A stretch of 63,835 bases of DNA, filler included, from Octopus bimaculoides (GCF_001194135.2; 10 parts of 10 records of this genome joined end to end with filler, not necessarily neighbours in it), one strand, 5' to 3'. Positions 39,248 through 52,400 are shown, counted from the first letter of the whole stretch. Made by a program: numbers and translations. Notes: generated by a model not told the origin, from the sequence alone.

Positions 39248-39308
<61 letters not shown>

Positions 39309-40074
39309 ACACACACACACACACACTTAAGTCACAATATATGGATTCAACTAATCTGGTAGTACTCATAATAAAAAGCTCTTTAATGTATCATTCTGCA
39401 AAACATATAGAACATAGGATGATACAAGAGAAAACTTTAAGAAGTGTATATATATTAAGAAAAAGAAGATAGTCAGGATTTGAATAAAAACTATTTATTT
39501 AGCATTTTTGTCCCATTTCGGGAAGTCATTATGAATGTGTTGTTTTTTAGAAAATTCATACCTTTTACATATATGAGTTAGCTGAAAAAAATGTTATTCT
39601 AAATCTATATATATGTGTGTTAATATGTATCTGCGTGTAAGCTGTGTATGGGGAATTTTTAGAGGCATGGTGAAAGAAAGAAAGAAAAATGATAAAAAGA
39701 AAGAAAGAAAGAAAAAGAGGGTGGTTTTTCTGGAATGGTTGAAATTGATTACAGGCCAAAAATGTCAAATTTTTGTCAATTGCTTTAAATTTCTTTCAGA
39801 CATTGTGAACTGGCAAATTTTTGATCAGTTGTCATGTAGAAAGTAGAATCTATCAAATTGCTTTTGGAAGGTTTTTAAATGTGTGTGTGTGTGTGTGTGT
39901 GTGTTTAAATGTATGTGTGTACGTTGAAGCATATGTGTGTTGTGTGTTAATGTTCCAGTTGTTTTAGTAACAGTAATGAGAACTTTATTAACAATAATAT
40001 CCAGTGGTAATCTGGTTTGGCTCATCTAGGAAATTAATATTTTTAATAAGGATTTCTCATAAATATAATTTTTA

Positions 40075-40331
40075 CATACACATTTAGCTTTGGTAAAATT
40101 TTGTTATAAAATGTAGTTAGTTCCATTGCCTTCTGGTATTTTGGGCCATCCATTGGGCATCTGTAGAAAGGAAAGATCTTGAATCTGCTGCTCCCACATA
40201 TTTCCAGGTGCATGCTCAGAAGAATCTTGCATTAATTTTTTTTGTCTGATGTACTGTCTATAGATTCTTGCATGTTGGCACAGGGAACTGTTGATTTCAC
40301 CAATATAATTCTCTTTGCATTTGGGACAAAT

Positions 40332-40335
<4 letters not shown>
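40075..40335 (-). mobile_element. Penelope-like element GIY-YIG endonuclease fragment
   Basis: ORF 40104-40400 (-) reads CPKCKENYIGEINSSLCQHARIYRQYIRQ...SEH. After a frameshift it continues EICGSSRFKIFPFYRC...LPKLN, the PLE endonuclease C-terminal pattern. Confidence 0.75.
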
Positions 40336-40384
<49 letters not shown>

Positions 40385-40611
40385 TTTCAAATTTTGGCAC
40401 ACAGCCAGCAATTTCAGGGGAGAGATAAGTCGATTACATTGATCCCAGTACTTAACTGGTACTTATTTTATCAAGCCCAAAAGGATAAAAGGCAAAGTTG
40501 ACCCTGGTGGAATTTGAACACAGAATGTAAAAATAGATGAAACACTGCTAAGCATTTCACCTAGCATGCTAACAATTCTGCCAGCTCACCACCTTAATAA
40601 TAATAACAATA

Positions 40612-40666
<55 letters not shown>

Positions 40667-41170
40667 NNNNNNNNNNNNNNNNNNNNNNNNNNNNNNNNNN
40701 NNNNNNNNNNTTAATTAATTAANNNNNNNNNNNNNNNNNNNNNNNNNNNNNNNNNNNNNNNNNNNNATATATATATATACGTATATATATATATATACGT
40801 ATATATATATATATGTGCGTCTGTGTATATGTATATATATATATGTGCGTCTGTGTATATATATATATACATATGTGCGTGTGAATATATGCATTCATAT
40901 TTTTTATATATATATATATATCTCCATGAAGGAATATATACATGTCACTATACATATATGCGCATATGTATGTATATATTATATAACCGTACATATTTAC
41001 ATACATACGTATGCACACATATATGTATATACATATAAACCTCAAGTTTTTGGCGTATGTACATATATAGATATTCTTATTATATTTTTATATGTCCGTA
41101 TTTTATATGTATATATATATTCGTGTTTTATAGATATAAATACACGCACACACACATACACACACACACA

Positions 41171-41213
<43 letters not shown>

Positions 41214-41383
41214 ACGGTTGTTTGCAAGGTCGTGTTGAATTTTAGTGTCTGTCATTTTTTTGTCTCTTACGTTAGAAAAAAGTTACAAAATAACTACTAG
41301 AATATTAAAATAAACACGAAGAAGAAATTACCGCGCCCAAAATAAGATAACATACTAATAATAACAACAACAACAACAACAAC

Positions 41384-41416
<33 letters not shown>

Positions 41417-41571
41417 TAAATGTCTCTTGCAAAAACAGTTTCGAGCCACACAGGATATTCTTCGGTTTGGAACTCATGAAATTTCAGCATAGAGTCACGT
41501 GTGAATTTGAAAAGGTTGACATGACCTTATTGCACACTGATTACATCGTGAGGTATACATGCAGACTGCCT

Positions 41572-41614
<43 letters not shown>

Positions 41615-42329
41615 CCGTATAAGTTTACCATCTAAAAGTAATGTTTTGTGTATTTGTGCGTTGATGTGTGTACTGTATTTGGTCAGTGAGTACGTTCTTA
41701 GTTCAAATTTTGCCATGGTCGAATTTGCATTTCATCCTTTTGAGGTCAAGAAATTAAGCACCAACCAAGATCTGTCGATGTGATATCACGTTGGTCATCA
41801 AATACCACATGGGTATTTCCCTACAAACTTTTCTACTGTACGCAAAAGGCCTGAATTTTGGTAGAAGGGAGTAGCCTATACTCCTGTCTACCAAAATTCA
41901 GGCCTTGTGTGTACAGTAGAAAATATTACAGAGAAATACGAATGTGGTATTTGCGTAATAGTGTGCATAACCGACGTGATATAACAGACTCCACCTATAT
42001 TAATCAAAAACTAGTCTAAGACAAATCATAAAAGACTGTGTCCATCGTAGTTATTATTACTATGGTAGCAGCGTTTCCACACTATTGTTAACAGTGTCCT
42101 TGTGTTCGACTCTGTTAAAATTACTAGTAATAACGTTAACCATTTTTGCCCTCGTGTCAAACCTTCATTTAACATCGATAAGGTTTCTTACTTTAAAAAC
42201 AACATTGAAAATGCCTTATTATACTTTTCTTTTTAACAGACAACATATAACAATGACATAGGAATTGTCTGATGACTTCCTGATCAATTTACTGATATAT
42301 CAAAGCAAATTACAAAATCAAAAACACAC

Positions 42330-42658
42330 ACCCATAACAATAATATTAATAATAACGATCACAATAATAATAATAATAATAATAATTATTATGATGATGA
42401 TGATATTCATGATGGTAATAGTGATAGTAATAATAACGTTAATGATAATGAGTGCGTGTGCGCGTCACGTTTACAGACACAAAAAAATGGCTCTCATCCT
42501 GTGAGATTCCTAAAGTTCTAGCTGTCTCTCGTTCAGATGAAAGAAGGCAGGCATCTGCCTCACATTATTCTCATTACTAATTACCAAAAAGCCTTTAATT
42601 AATCAGCAATAATAACAATGATGATAATGAACGCAATGATAATAATAAAAATGATGAT

Positions 42659-42711
<53 letters not shown>

Positions 42712-43420
42712 AAATAATGATAATAATAATAATAACAATAATAATAATGATGATAATAATAAAAATAATAACAAAAACAATAACGATAATAGTATTATCA
42801 ACAGTAGTAATAATAAGAATAATATTTATGGCAATGATAGTATTAATAATGATGATGATAATAATAATAATATAATAATAATAATAATAATAATAAAAAT
42901 AATATCAACAATAGTAATAAGATTAATAATTATAATAGAGTTGATAATAATGATAATGATAATAATATTAATATTAATATTATTATTATTAATAATAATA
43001 ATAACAATGATAAAAATTGTAATGATAATATTGATAGTAAAAAAAATAATAATGATAATGGTATGAATTGTAATAATAATAGAAATAATTATAATAATGG
43101 TAAAAAATGATATCAATATCAATATAGCAAACAATATTATAAATTATTTCTACCCTCTATACATGGTGCTAGTTATGTTTCTTTTGAGATATATAATTTT
43201 GTGGTATTTTTGAAGGACAGTTTTATGTATTGTTTTAATTATTTCATCATCATCGTTATTATTATCAATATTATTATTATTATTATTGTTGTTGTTGTTG
43301 TTGTCGTTCTTCTAATTATTATTATTATTGTTGTTGTTGTTGTCGTTCTTCTAATTATTATTATTATTATTGTTGTTGTCGTTCTTCTAATTATTATTAT
43401 TATTATTATTATTTCATAGT
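42330..43420. repeat. Extended (AAT)n/(ATT)n/(GTT)n low-complexity block
   Basis: Directly visible; source of the spurious poly-Ile/Leu ORFs. Confidence 0.95.
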
Positions 43421-43741
43421 GATGTTAACAAATGGCGGTTAGATTGCAACATCTAATTTCTGAGGTAAGGAATTTCCATTGCAGGACATTCATTAGGAAA
43501 TTCTGGGTATTCAAACAAAAGGGGTATTGCAATTACCATCATTCCATCCTTCCTTCATTCCATTATTCTTCCATCCCTCATTTCCAGTATCTCTTGGACA
43601 ACTAAAAGCTTTTCTTTCGTTTACTTTTTGCTACGTTTGTTTGTTTTTTTTTTATTTTTAACACCACTCCTCCTACCACTCATTATATATATATATGTAC
43701 ACAAACACACACAAAACAAACGCGCACATACAAACAAATAA

Positions 43742-43793
<52 letters not shown>

Positions 43794-44417
43794 GCATGTG
43801 TGTAAACGTTTCTATGCATAGGTATGCATACGAATATATGCACACACAACATCATATATAAACATATATATGTATATACATATGTCTGTGTGTGTAAGTA
43901 TTTGTATACATGCATACCTACGTATATGCGCCTACACACACACAGACACACACACATATATATATGCATGTATATATGCATATGAATATAATTATATAGA
44001 GGCTTATGTAATACATATATATACACTCACATACAAATATATATATATATATATTTGTATGTGAGTGTATATATATGCATTACATAAGCGTCTATATAAT
44101 TATATCGATATGCATACATACACACACACACAAGTGCATGTGATTATCCAATACTAATTGTTATTCTTGTGATTATTTTTTATTGATTTTTTTTTAATGG
44201 AATCCATGTTATTTGGGTATTTTTGTTTTGTTTCATCACATTTGCAATTGGTGTGTTCGATGAAGTAACAACAACAACAACATTGACAACAACAACATTG
44301 ACAACAACAACAACAACAACAATCAATAACAAACACATAAAAAGCTATATAGAAACACACTACACACATACGCACCCAATTGCATATCAGAACCTGTTTT
44401 AGTTATCCTACCCCTCC

Positions 44418-44482
<65 letters not shown>

Positions 44483-44509
44483 GTCTCTCTGTCTCTTTCT
44501 CTCTCTCAC

Positions 44510-44546
<37 letters not shown>

Positions 44547-44550
44547 GTCG

Positions 44551-44582
<32 letters not shown>

Positions 44583-44669
44583 TTTTTCAACCACGTTCCA
44601 CTTTTTGCTATTCATAGCAATACTGAGTAAAGAATGACTTGTAATTTGATGTAAAACTGCTTTCCAATC

Positions 44670-45022
44670 ACGATATCATCATCATCATCATCGTCGTCGT
44701 CACCGTTCTCGTCAGCATCATCATCATAATCATTATCCTCGTCGTCGTTGGCATCATCATTATCATCATCGTCATCGTCGTCATCAACATCTTCATCGTC
44801 GTCGTCATCATCATCGTTGTTGTCAGTATCATCATCATCGTCGTTAGCATCATCATCAACACCTCTACCGGCTGTCTCTTCTTACTACGACTCCACTTCA
44901 TCATCATCGTCATCAAATTCATCGTCGCCGTCATCATCATCATCATCAACATCCTCATCATCATCATCATCGCCATTATCATTACATCTTCACGAACAGG
45001 AGGAAGACGAGGAACATTATAG

Positions 45023-45053
<31 letters not shown>

Positions 45054-45055
45054 TA
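44670..45055. repeat. Compound (TCA)n/(TCG)n microsatellite block
   Basis: Directly visible; yields spurious poly-Ser/poly-Met ORFs. Confidence 0.9.
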
Positions 45056-46544
45056 TCAGTATTTTGATAATATTAATAATCAGTCTTTCTAATTTAGCCA
45101 CAAGGCCAGTAACTCTGATGGGAGGGTGGAAGTCAGTTTTAGCAATCCCAGTGCTCAGTGAGGACATATTTTATCCATCCTGAAAGGATGACAAGCAAAG
45201 TTGGCGTTAGCGGAATTTGAACACAGAACGTAAATGGCTTTTAAGCATTTTTTCCGATGCTCTATCGTTCTTGCTCATTCGCCTCCTCATGTTTCTCCTT
45301 TAAATATAATCAATCTTTTACACAGTACTAAATTTTATTGAGTCCGAAAATCAAGTGTAACCTCGGCAAAATTTGAACGCAGAACGTGAAGATTTCGGAC
45401 AAAATGCTACTAAACATTTTGTCCGGCGTGATAACGATTCAGCCAGTTTACCGCTCTATAATCATAAATCAGAAATGTAGTCTTTCATAATAGCAGCTTA
45501 ATATCAGTGTCTGCCGTTAAGCATTTTGTCCGTCGCGCTAATGAATCTGCCAGTTCGCTGCCATACTACAGCAAATGATAATAGCGATCAATTTATGATG
45601 ATAGCTATTTTAGTACTTCTAATAGTATCATAAATAGAAGTTATAATAATGATGATAATAGTGATAATAATAACCGCATGAACAACGACAATATCAACAA
45701 CGATGATGATGATGACGATGATGGCAAGTTGATGATGGTGATGATTATGAGGATTATGAAGAAGGCAAGATGATGATGACGATCATGATGATGATGGTGG
45801 TGGTGGTGATGCTCCTTGTGTTAATTACTTACACAATACCGAAGTGAAAGCAGTAAAATGCATTATTCTAATCAGGGAGAGCTATCCTTCAACTTCTTTG
45901 TCCAAGGAATTCCTGATTTTCGATGACGATGTCGATGGGCAACAAAGAGTGGAATGGAACCAAAAGAACCAAAAGACAAAAAAAAAAACAAAAAATCAGA
46001 AACGTAAAAACCATACAAACACCATTAAAAAAATTAATAAATAAATAAATATAATAAATAAATAAATGATGGAATATTTTCGCAGAAAAACGAAAATATC
46101 GGAATGAACAACCAGAGAAAAACGAATGGAATCACGTCATTGTTATACCATTATAATAATTATCATTACACTAATGTTTTTCACCGTCCGTTGCACCCCT
46201 TCCCGCTCCCCTCCAAACCCTGCTCCTTCTCCTTATCAGTTTCCTCTTCAGCCTCATTTTCTCCTTTTCCTACTCTCTTATTCCTCTTCTTTTTCTCTTT
46301 CTTCCTTTTCTTTTTCTTCTTCTTCTTGCCCACGTCCTCCTACTCTTCTTCCCATCTGTCTATTCTTTTAATCTTCCTCGTTTTTCTCTTTTCTTTCTAC
46401 ATTTCCCTCTTTCTTTCTTTTTTTCTTTCTTTCTTTCTTTCTCGTCTATTTCCCCTTCTTTCTTCTTTTTCTCCTCCTCCATTTTGTTTTTCTAATTCTT
46501 CTTCATCTCCCCCTTTCTCTTCCCCTCTTTGGAGTTTCAATAAT

Positions 46545-46827
46545 TCACCTTTGGAAACATGGGTATTTCGTTCGACATCCTCAAACAACCTTTATTCAAG
46601 GAACTTTTGAGCGGGATGGGCTACTCGACCTGAAGAAAATTCTAACTGGGCCCCACCTGCGATGTCATGCGCTGTTTATCTTGATATGAGACCACTATGT
46701 CGCGCATATGTGGTTGTGATGCATGTGCCTGGTGTACTCTTATCAGACGGGCAGTCATGATGGGTATACTGGGCTTTGTATATTTTACACCAGTGTCACT
46801 TTGATGGCATGCACGGCTCACTCACTC

Positions 46828-46860
<33 letters not shown>
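46545..46860 (+). mobile_element. Dispersed repeat with (AAT)n tail (probable non-LTR 3' end)
   Basis: gagcgggatgggctactcgacc...ctcactc(aat)n; a second copy is inverted at ~61340-61720. Confidence 0.65.
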
Positions 46861-47075
46861 CCTTTCTACCATAGCCACAAGGCCTGAAATTTGGTGGGAG
46901 GGGAGAATTCGATTACATCGACCCCAGTACGCAACTGGTACTTAATTTGTCGACCTCGAAAGGATGAAAGGCAAAGTCGACCTCGGTGGAGTTTGAACTC
47001 AGAACGTAGTGACGGGCGAAATACCGCTAAACATTCCGTCCAGCGTGCTAACTATTCTGCTAGCTCGCCGACTTA
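46860..47075 (-). mobile_element. SINE family B, CpG-intact
   Basis: Near-consensus reverse complement. Further copies at 40385-40590 (-), 45080-45470 (-), 47790-48000 (+) and 57780-57980 (-). Confidence 0.85.
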
Positions 47076-48170
47076 CTACTGCTACTACTACTAATAATAA
47101 TAATAATAGTAATAATAATAATAACAACAACAACAAAGATGATATACAGTGTTTGATAGAAGGCAGAAAATATAACAAACATGGAACATGACAGAAAAAC
47201 ACAAAAACGCATTTTGCAAAAAATAGATGGCTATATGTTAGTAGTAGTGGCGGTGGTGGTGGTGGCTGTGGTGGAGGGAATGTTGGTGGTTGTGGTTGTA
47301 GTAGTAGTTTTTTTTTTGTTGTTCGTGATGTTGCTGTCGTAGTTATTCACTTTAATTTCTTTGTGTCATTTCAAGAAATTCGTGCCGTAATTACTTAATT
47401 ATCTGATTGACTGTACAACCCCCATCGTCAATGTCGGTAGCACTGTTTTTGCTGCTGCTGCTGCTGTTGTTGTTGTTGTTGCTGTCGTTGTTGCTGCTGC
47501 TACTGATGATGATGATGATGACGATGGTGATGTTCTCGTTTATGTAAGCCGTTTTATTGTTGTTGTCGATGACGTTTCTGTTAGGCATGGCCGGTACTAT
47601 TGTTCTCGTTGTTAGCGTTGCTATTGTTGTCGCTGCTCTTATGGGTCCAGTCATTACAGCTAGTGTTGCAGTTGTAATAACTGTTTCTACTAGTAGTAGT
47701 AGTAGTAGTGGTGGTGGTGGTTTTGGCGGTGGCGTGCCTACACCTACTAACGTGGTTGGCGAGGGGGAGCATTGTGTTATTATCATTATTACTCTATGGC
47801 AGAACCGTTGGCACGCCGGGCAGTTTGCTTAGCGGCATTTCGTCCCTCCTTACGTTCTGAGTTCGATTTTTGCCGAGGTTGACTTTGCCTTTCATCCTTT
47901 CCGGGTCAATAAAAAAAAGCACCAGTTATGCAGTGGGGCTGATGTAATCAACTTAGTTCCTCCCCACAAATTTCAGGCCTTGTGCCTTTAGTAGAAAGAA
48001 TTATTATTTTTATTACTCAATCACACACATATATATACATATACATACATATATATGTATTGCGTCCCTTATAACGTTTTGCGCCCCTTATAACTACTGC
48101 CTTACTCACATATAGAACAAGCTAATATGGGCTTTTCAGATTTCCGAGTATCCTATATTACCCGTAATCA

Positions 48171-48457
48171 GACAGGATTTCAAATGCACTTTGCCGAAGG
48201 ACAAGAAGCCGAACGGACACTATGCTGAACGGACATAAAAACTGAACTGATACATTGATAAAAAAAAATCCACCCTACATGGTTTAATGACCAATTCACC
48301 AATTTGTCACTTAAGATTTAACGAGATTAAATTCTAATTTTCGTATGCCTCTTCGGTATCTTGTCCTTTCGGCTTCATACACATTCGGTATTGTGTCCTT
48401 TCGGCTTCTTGGCTTCGGTTTCTTGCCTTTCGGCAAGGGTGCATTGGGCATCCCGTC
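48171..48457. mobile_element. MITE/foldback with subterminal tandem gccgaa(a)ggaca units
   Basis: Left gacaggatttcaaatgcactttgccgaa versus right ttcggcaagggtgcattgggcatcccgtc; repeated gccgaa and ttcggc units face inward. Confidence 0.7.
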
Positions 48458-48793
48458 AGTGTACCGTATTTCCAGGATAGCAGTTTTACCTGAGGATTGC
48501 CAATTTCATAAAGGCATTAATTAGCAAGACATGAAACTCAGAGACATGGCGTATGTTACAAAGTGTTGTATCATTTATAAATAGTTCACTCTGCTCAGGT
48601 ATTGATTACACTACTTTGTTCATGTACAATCCTCTATATTCTATATATTCATATATATATATATTCATATATATATATATATATATATATATANNNNNNN
48701 NNNNNNNNNNNNNNNNNNNNNNNNNNNNNNNNNNNNNTTAATTAATTAANNNNNNNNNNNNNNNNNNNNNNNNNNNNNNNNNNNNNNNNNNNN

Positions 48794-48829
<36 letters not shown>

Positions 48830-48981
48830 ATGAGAGAGATGTCTGTGTGCAGTGGTGCCGTTTCTGTTGTTTGTAATTTGGTTCATTAGCGGTGCAGCTG
48901 TGTGCAGTATTGCCAGAAGTCTTATTCCACCATCACAGCCATCCTGTCTCAAATTTCCCCCTGCCAATCCCCACCCAACAC

Positions 48982-49012
<31 letters not shown>

Positions 49013-49318
49013 ACACACACACACACTCCATGCCAATAAACCGCACAAGGCATCTGTTCACACTAACTACTTTATTGTTTTTAACATATTTATGTCTGTC
49101 TATCGATCCAGCTGTCTATAGATCTATCTCTTCTCTCTCTTTCTCTTTCTCTCTCTCTCTCTTTCTGTCTCTCTCTTTCTCTTTATCTCTCTCTTTCTTT
49201 CTCTTTCACTCTCACTCACTCACTTTCTGTCACTCTCCCTCACTAACTCTCTCGCTAATTCTCTCTCTGTATCTATCTATCGATATATATATGTATGCAC
49301 ATATACCTATATATATAT

Positions 49319-49352
<34 letters not shown>

Positions 49353-50403
49353 NNNNNNNNNNNNNNNNNNNNNNNNNNNNNNNNNNNNNNNNNNNNNNNN
49401 NNNNNNNNNNNNNNNNNNNNNNNNNNNNNNNNNNNNNNNNNNNNNNNNNNNNNNNNNNNNNNNNNNNNNNNNNNNNNNNNNNNNNNNNNNNNNNNNNNNN
49501 NNNNNNNNNNNNNNNNNNNNNNNNNNNNNNNNNNNNNNNNNNNNNNNNNNNNNNNNNNNNNNNNNNNNNNNNNNNNNNNNNNNNNNNNNNNNNNNNNNNN
49601 NNNNNNNNNNNNNNNNNNNNNNNNNNNNNNNNNNNNNNNNNNNNNNNNNNNNNNNNNNNNNNNNNNNNNNNNNNNNNNNNNNNNNNNNNNNNNNNNNNNN
49701 NNNNNNNNNNNNNNNNNNNNNNNNNNNNNNNNNNNNNNNNNNNNNNNNNNNNNNNNNNNNNNNNNNNNNNNNNNNNNNNNNNNNNNNNNNNNNNNNNNNN
49801 NNNNNNNNNNNNNNNNNNNNNNNNNNNNNNNNNNNNNNNNNNNNNNNNNNNNNNNNNNNNNNNNNNNNNNNNNNNNNNNNNNNNNNNNNNNNNNNNNNNN
49901 NNNNNNNNNNNNNNNNNNNNNNNNNNNNNNNNNNNNNNNNNNNNNNNNNNNNNNNNNNNNNNNNNNNNNNNNNNNNNNNNNNNNNNNNNNNNNNNNNNNN
50001 NNNNNNNNNNNNNNNNNNNNNNNNNNNNNNNNNNNNNNNNNNNNNNNNNNNNNNNNNNNNNNNNNNNNNNNNNNNNNNNNNNNNNNNNNNNNNNNNNNNN
50101 NNNNNNNNNNNNNNNNNNNNNNNNNNNNNNNNNNNNNNNNNNNNNNNNNNNNNNNNNNNNNNNNNNNNNNNNNNNNNNNNNNNNNNNNNNNNNNNNNNNN
50201 NNNNNNNNNNNNNNNNNNNNNNNNNNNNNNNNNNNNNNNNNNNNNNNNNNNNNNNNNNNNNNNNNNNNNNNNNNNNNNNNNNNNNNNNNNNNNNNNNNNN
50301 NNNNNNNNNNNNNNNNNNNNNNNNNNNNNNNNNNNNNNNNNNNNNNNNNNGACTGAACACTATTCAATTTTTTTTCTCCGTATTTTTCTCCTTGTCTCCG
50401 TAT

Positions 50404-50440
50404 TCTTTCTGTTGAAGAGCGTAGCTCGAAACGTCAAAGA
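50404..50440 (+). ncRNA. 37-nt minimal hammerhead motif with variant CUGUUGA core
   Basis: tcttt CTGTTGA a gagc-gta-gctc GAA ACGT C aaaga. Perfect 5-bp stem I, 4-bp stem II, palindromic ACGT in place of stem III, predicted GUC cleavage triplet. Confidence 0.62.
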
Positions 50441-50530
50441 CTTTCCGTATTCCCGAGCGTCATACTAATATACACTTTTGTTATTTACACCACCTGTCCT
50501 CGTCTGTTGTTATTTTTTGTATATTCTCCC

Positions 50531-50570
<40 letters not shown>

Positions 50571-51363
50571 ATTGTATATACGCATGTATCTTTGTGTTTG
50601 TGTGTATTAATATATGAAGGTGTATATTATGAATCTTCGTGTGTATGTGTGTGTGTGTGTGTGTGTATCTATGTATGAGTGTCTATACATGTCTGACTAT
50701 ATGATTATATACATGTATGTATTTTTGTATGTGTATGTGTGTATGTATGTGTATGTGTGTGTGCGTGTGTATGTGCGCGTGTGTATGTGTGCGTGTGTAT
50801 TTTTGTGTGTGAATATGTATTCATACATACAAGTACACAGACTACGCACACACATACACATTTGCGTAGGACAGTTTCACGTATGCTTCAGCCATCTTCT
50901 TCTTCTTTTTCTACTTCCTCTTCTTCTTCTTCTTCTTCTTCTCCTCCTCCTATTTCTACTTCTTCTCTTTCTTCCTCTTCTCACCTTCTCCTCCTCTGGC
51001 TCTTCGCTCTCCTCCTTCTTCCTCTTCCTCAACCCCCTCCTCTTACATCGTTCTCATTCCCCCCCCCCGCTCTATCCTCCTGCACTCCCCACCACCTACT
51101 TCTCCGCAACTCCGTTATCTCTTCCTCCTTCCTTTCCTTCTCCATTCCTTTATTCAATTCTCTTGCCCAATTATTATTTCCCACTTTATTACTTTCATCT
51201 CTCATTAGATTATACTCCTTCACNNNNNNNNNNNNNNNNNNNNNNNNNNNNNNNNNNNNNNNNNNNNTTAATTAATTAANNNNNNNNNNNNNNNNNNNNN
51301 NNNNNNNNNNNNNNNNNNNNNNNATTCGTTTATATTTATATAAAGGGCATTATTACAGAAAAT

Positions 51364-51637
51364 AATAACGCCACACAGTGGACTTCTCAAAATAACGACA
51401 TTTAGTACCTAATGCGAGGAAAAACAACCAACAGAGGATGACCAACTTTCTTTTAAATAAACTTAACTGTGTATCGACCGATTTCGCGAGTACTAGAATG
51501 AATCTAGATTTCGTTCATCAGCACAGTATTGTCCCAAAAATATATATAAATAAACAGAATTCTCACCTCACCAAAAACATTCCTCGCATTAGGTACTAAA
51601 TGTGGTTATTTTGAGAAGTCCACTGTGTGGCGTTATT
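51364..51637. repeat. 58-bp inverted repeats (51364-51421 / 51580-51637) enclosing the hammerhead motif
   Basis: aataacgccacacagtggacttctcaaaataacgacatttagtacctaatgcgagga versus its reverse complement, one mismatch. Confidence 0.9.
51466..51527 (-). ncRNA. Type I hammerhead ribozyme motif, nearly complete
   Basis: Minus strand: actgtg CTGATGA a cga aat ctaga ttcat tctag tac tcg c GAAA tcg gt cga TA cacagt. 6-bp stem I, two-segment stem II, 3-bp stem III plus A15.1-U16.1; A.C mismatch at 10.1/11.1. Confidence 0.72.
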
Positions 51638-51779
51638 AATATATATATATAGATAGATAGATAGATATATAGATAGATAAATATATAGATAGATATAACT
51701 TTTTCTCATATATACCGTAGACCTCACAAATAGGGAGCAGTTGCTTCCAGAGCCATGGAAATTAATTAAACAAGAGAAC

Positions 51780-52400
51780 GATTGGTCATATCTGACAATC
51801 CCATCAGAGGCAATTGAAGCAGTGGAGAGAAGAACGGTGCTTTTCAGATGCATTTCAGCCGACAAAAAGGAGCGGCTTTGAGGTGCATAAGAAATGACAT
51901 CCAATACATAGCGAGGGGCAAACAATACGGCACCATTTCGGTGCTGTTTAAATCAGAAGACCTCGCTGCGAAACATTCAATGACACCCTGGAAAACCAGC
52001 AAAGTCATCATGTACACCTCCCACATGGGGAAACGTACAGCCCGTGTCCGCATTCCTAGATTCCCCCAGCTCTAGATATTTAGTAGTTTCTGGGATGCAT
52101 AATCGTGGAGGGGGTGAATACTGTCCCTATAGAGGCGACAGGAACTGCCAGGGAGGACTGGTCCGGGGTTGAGTTGGAGATACTTCTCCAGATGAGACCC
52201 TAAAAGATTAAAAAAATTCCAGACCACATCCGTCTCCAGAACGGGACGGCGATACATATGAATGAAGGCAAAAGGCCTAATGTTTTTAGGTGTGGAGAAA
52301 CGACTCATTTGGCTGCTCGCTGCCGCCTACGACCTCCACTGCTGCAACCATCACCAGCAACGGCAAAGCCACCAGCAACAACATCAGGTACTCGACTGTC
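51780..52400 (+). mobile_element. Degenerate LINE ORF1 (gag-like) fragment with zinc knuckle
   Basis: ...KIPDHIRLQNGTAIHM.EGKRP.xFRCGETTHLAARC followed by a Pro-rich tract. Fits the EGRRPxCxxCxxxxHxxxxC pattern of L1/Tx1-type ORF1; stops and frameshifts present. Confidence 0.6.

Noticed and set aside
43419-43464. Strong donor GAG|GTAAGG with an upstream ttcatag acceptor
   Set aside because: All three frames contain stop codons.
44668-45092. Poly-Ser/poly-His and poly-Met ORFs; also poly-Ile/Leu ORFs at 19507-19818 and 42595-43419
   Set aside because: Trinucleotide microsatellite translations with no splice signals or domain.
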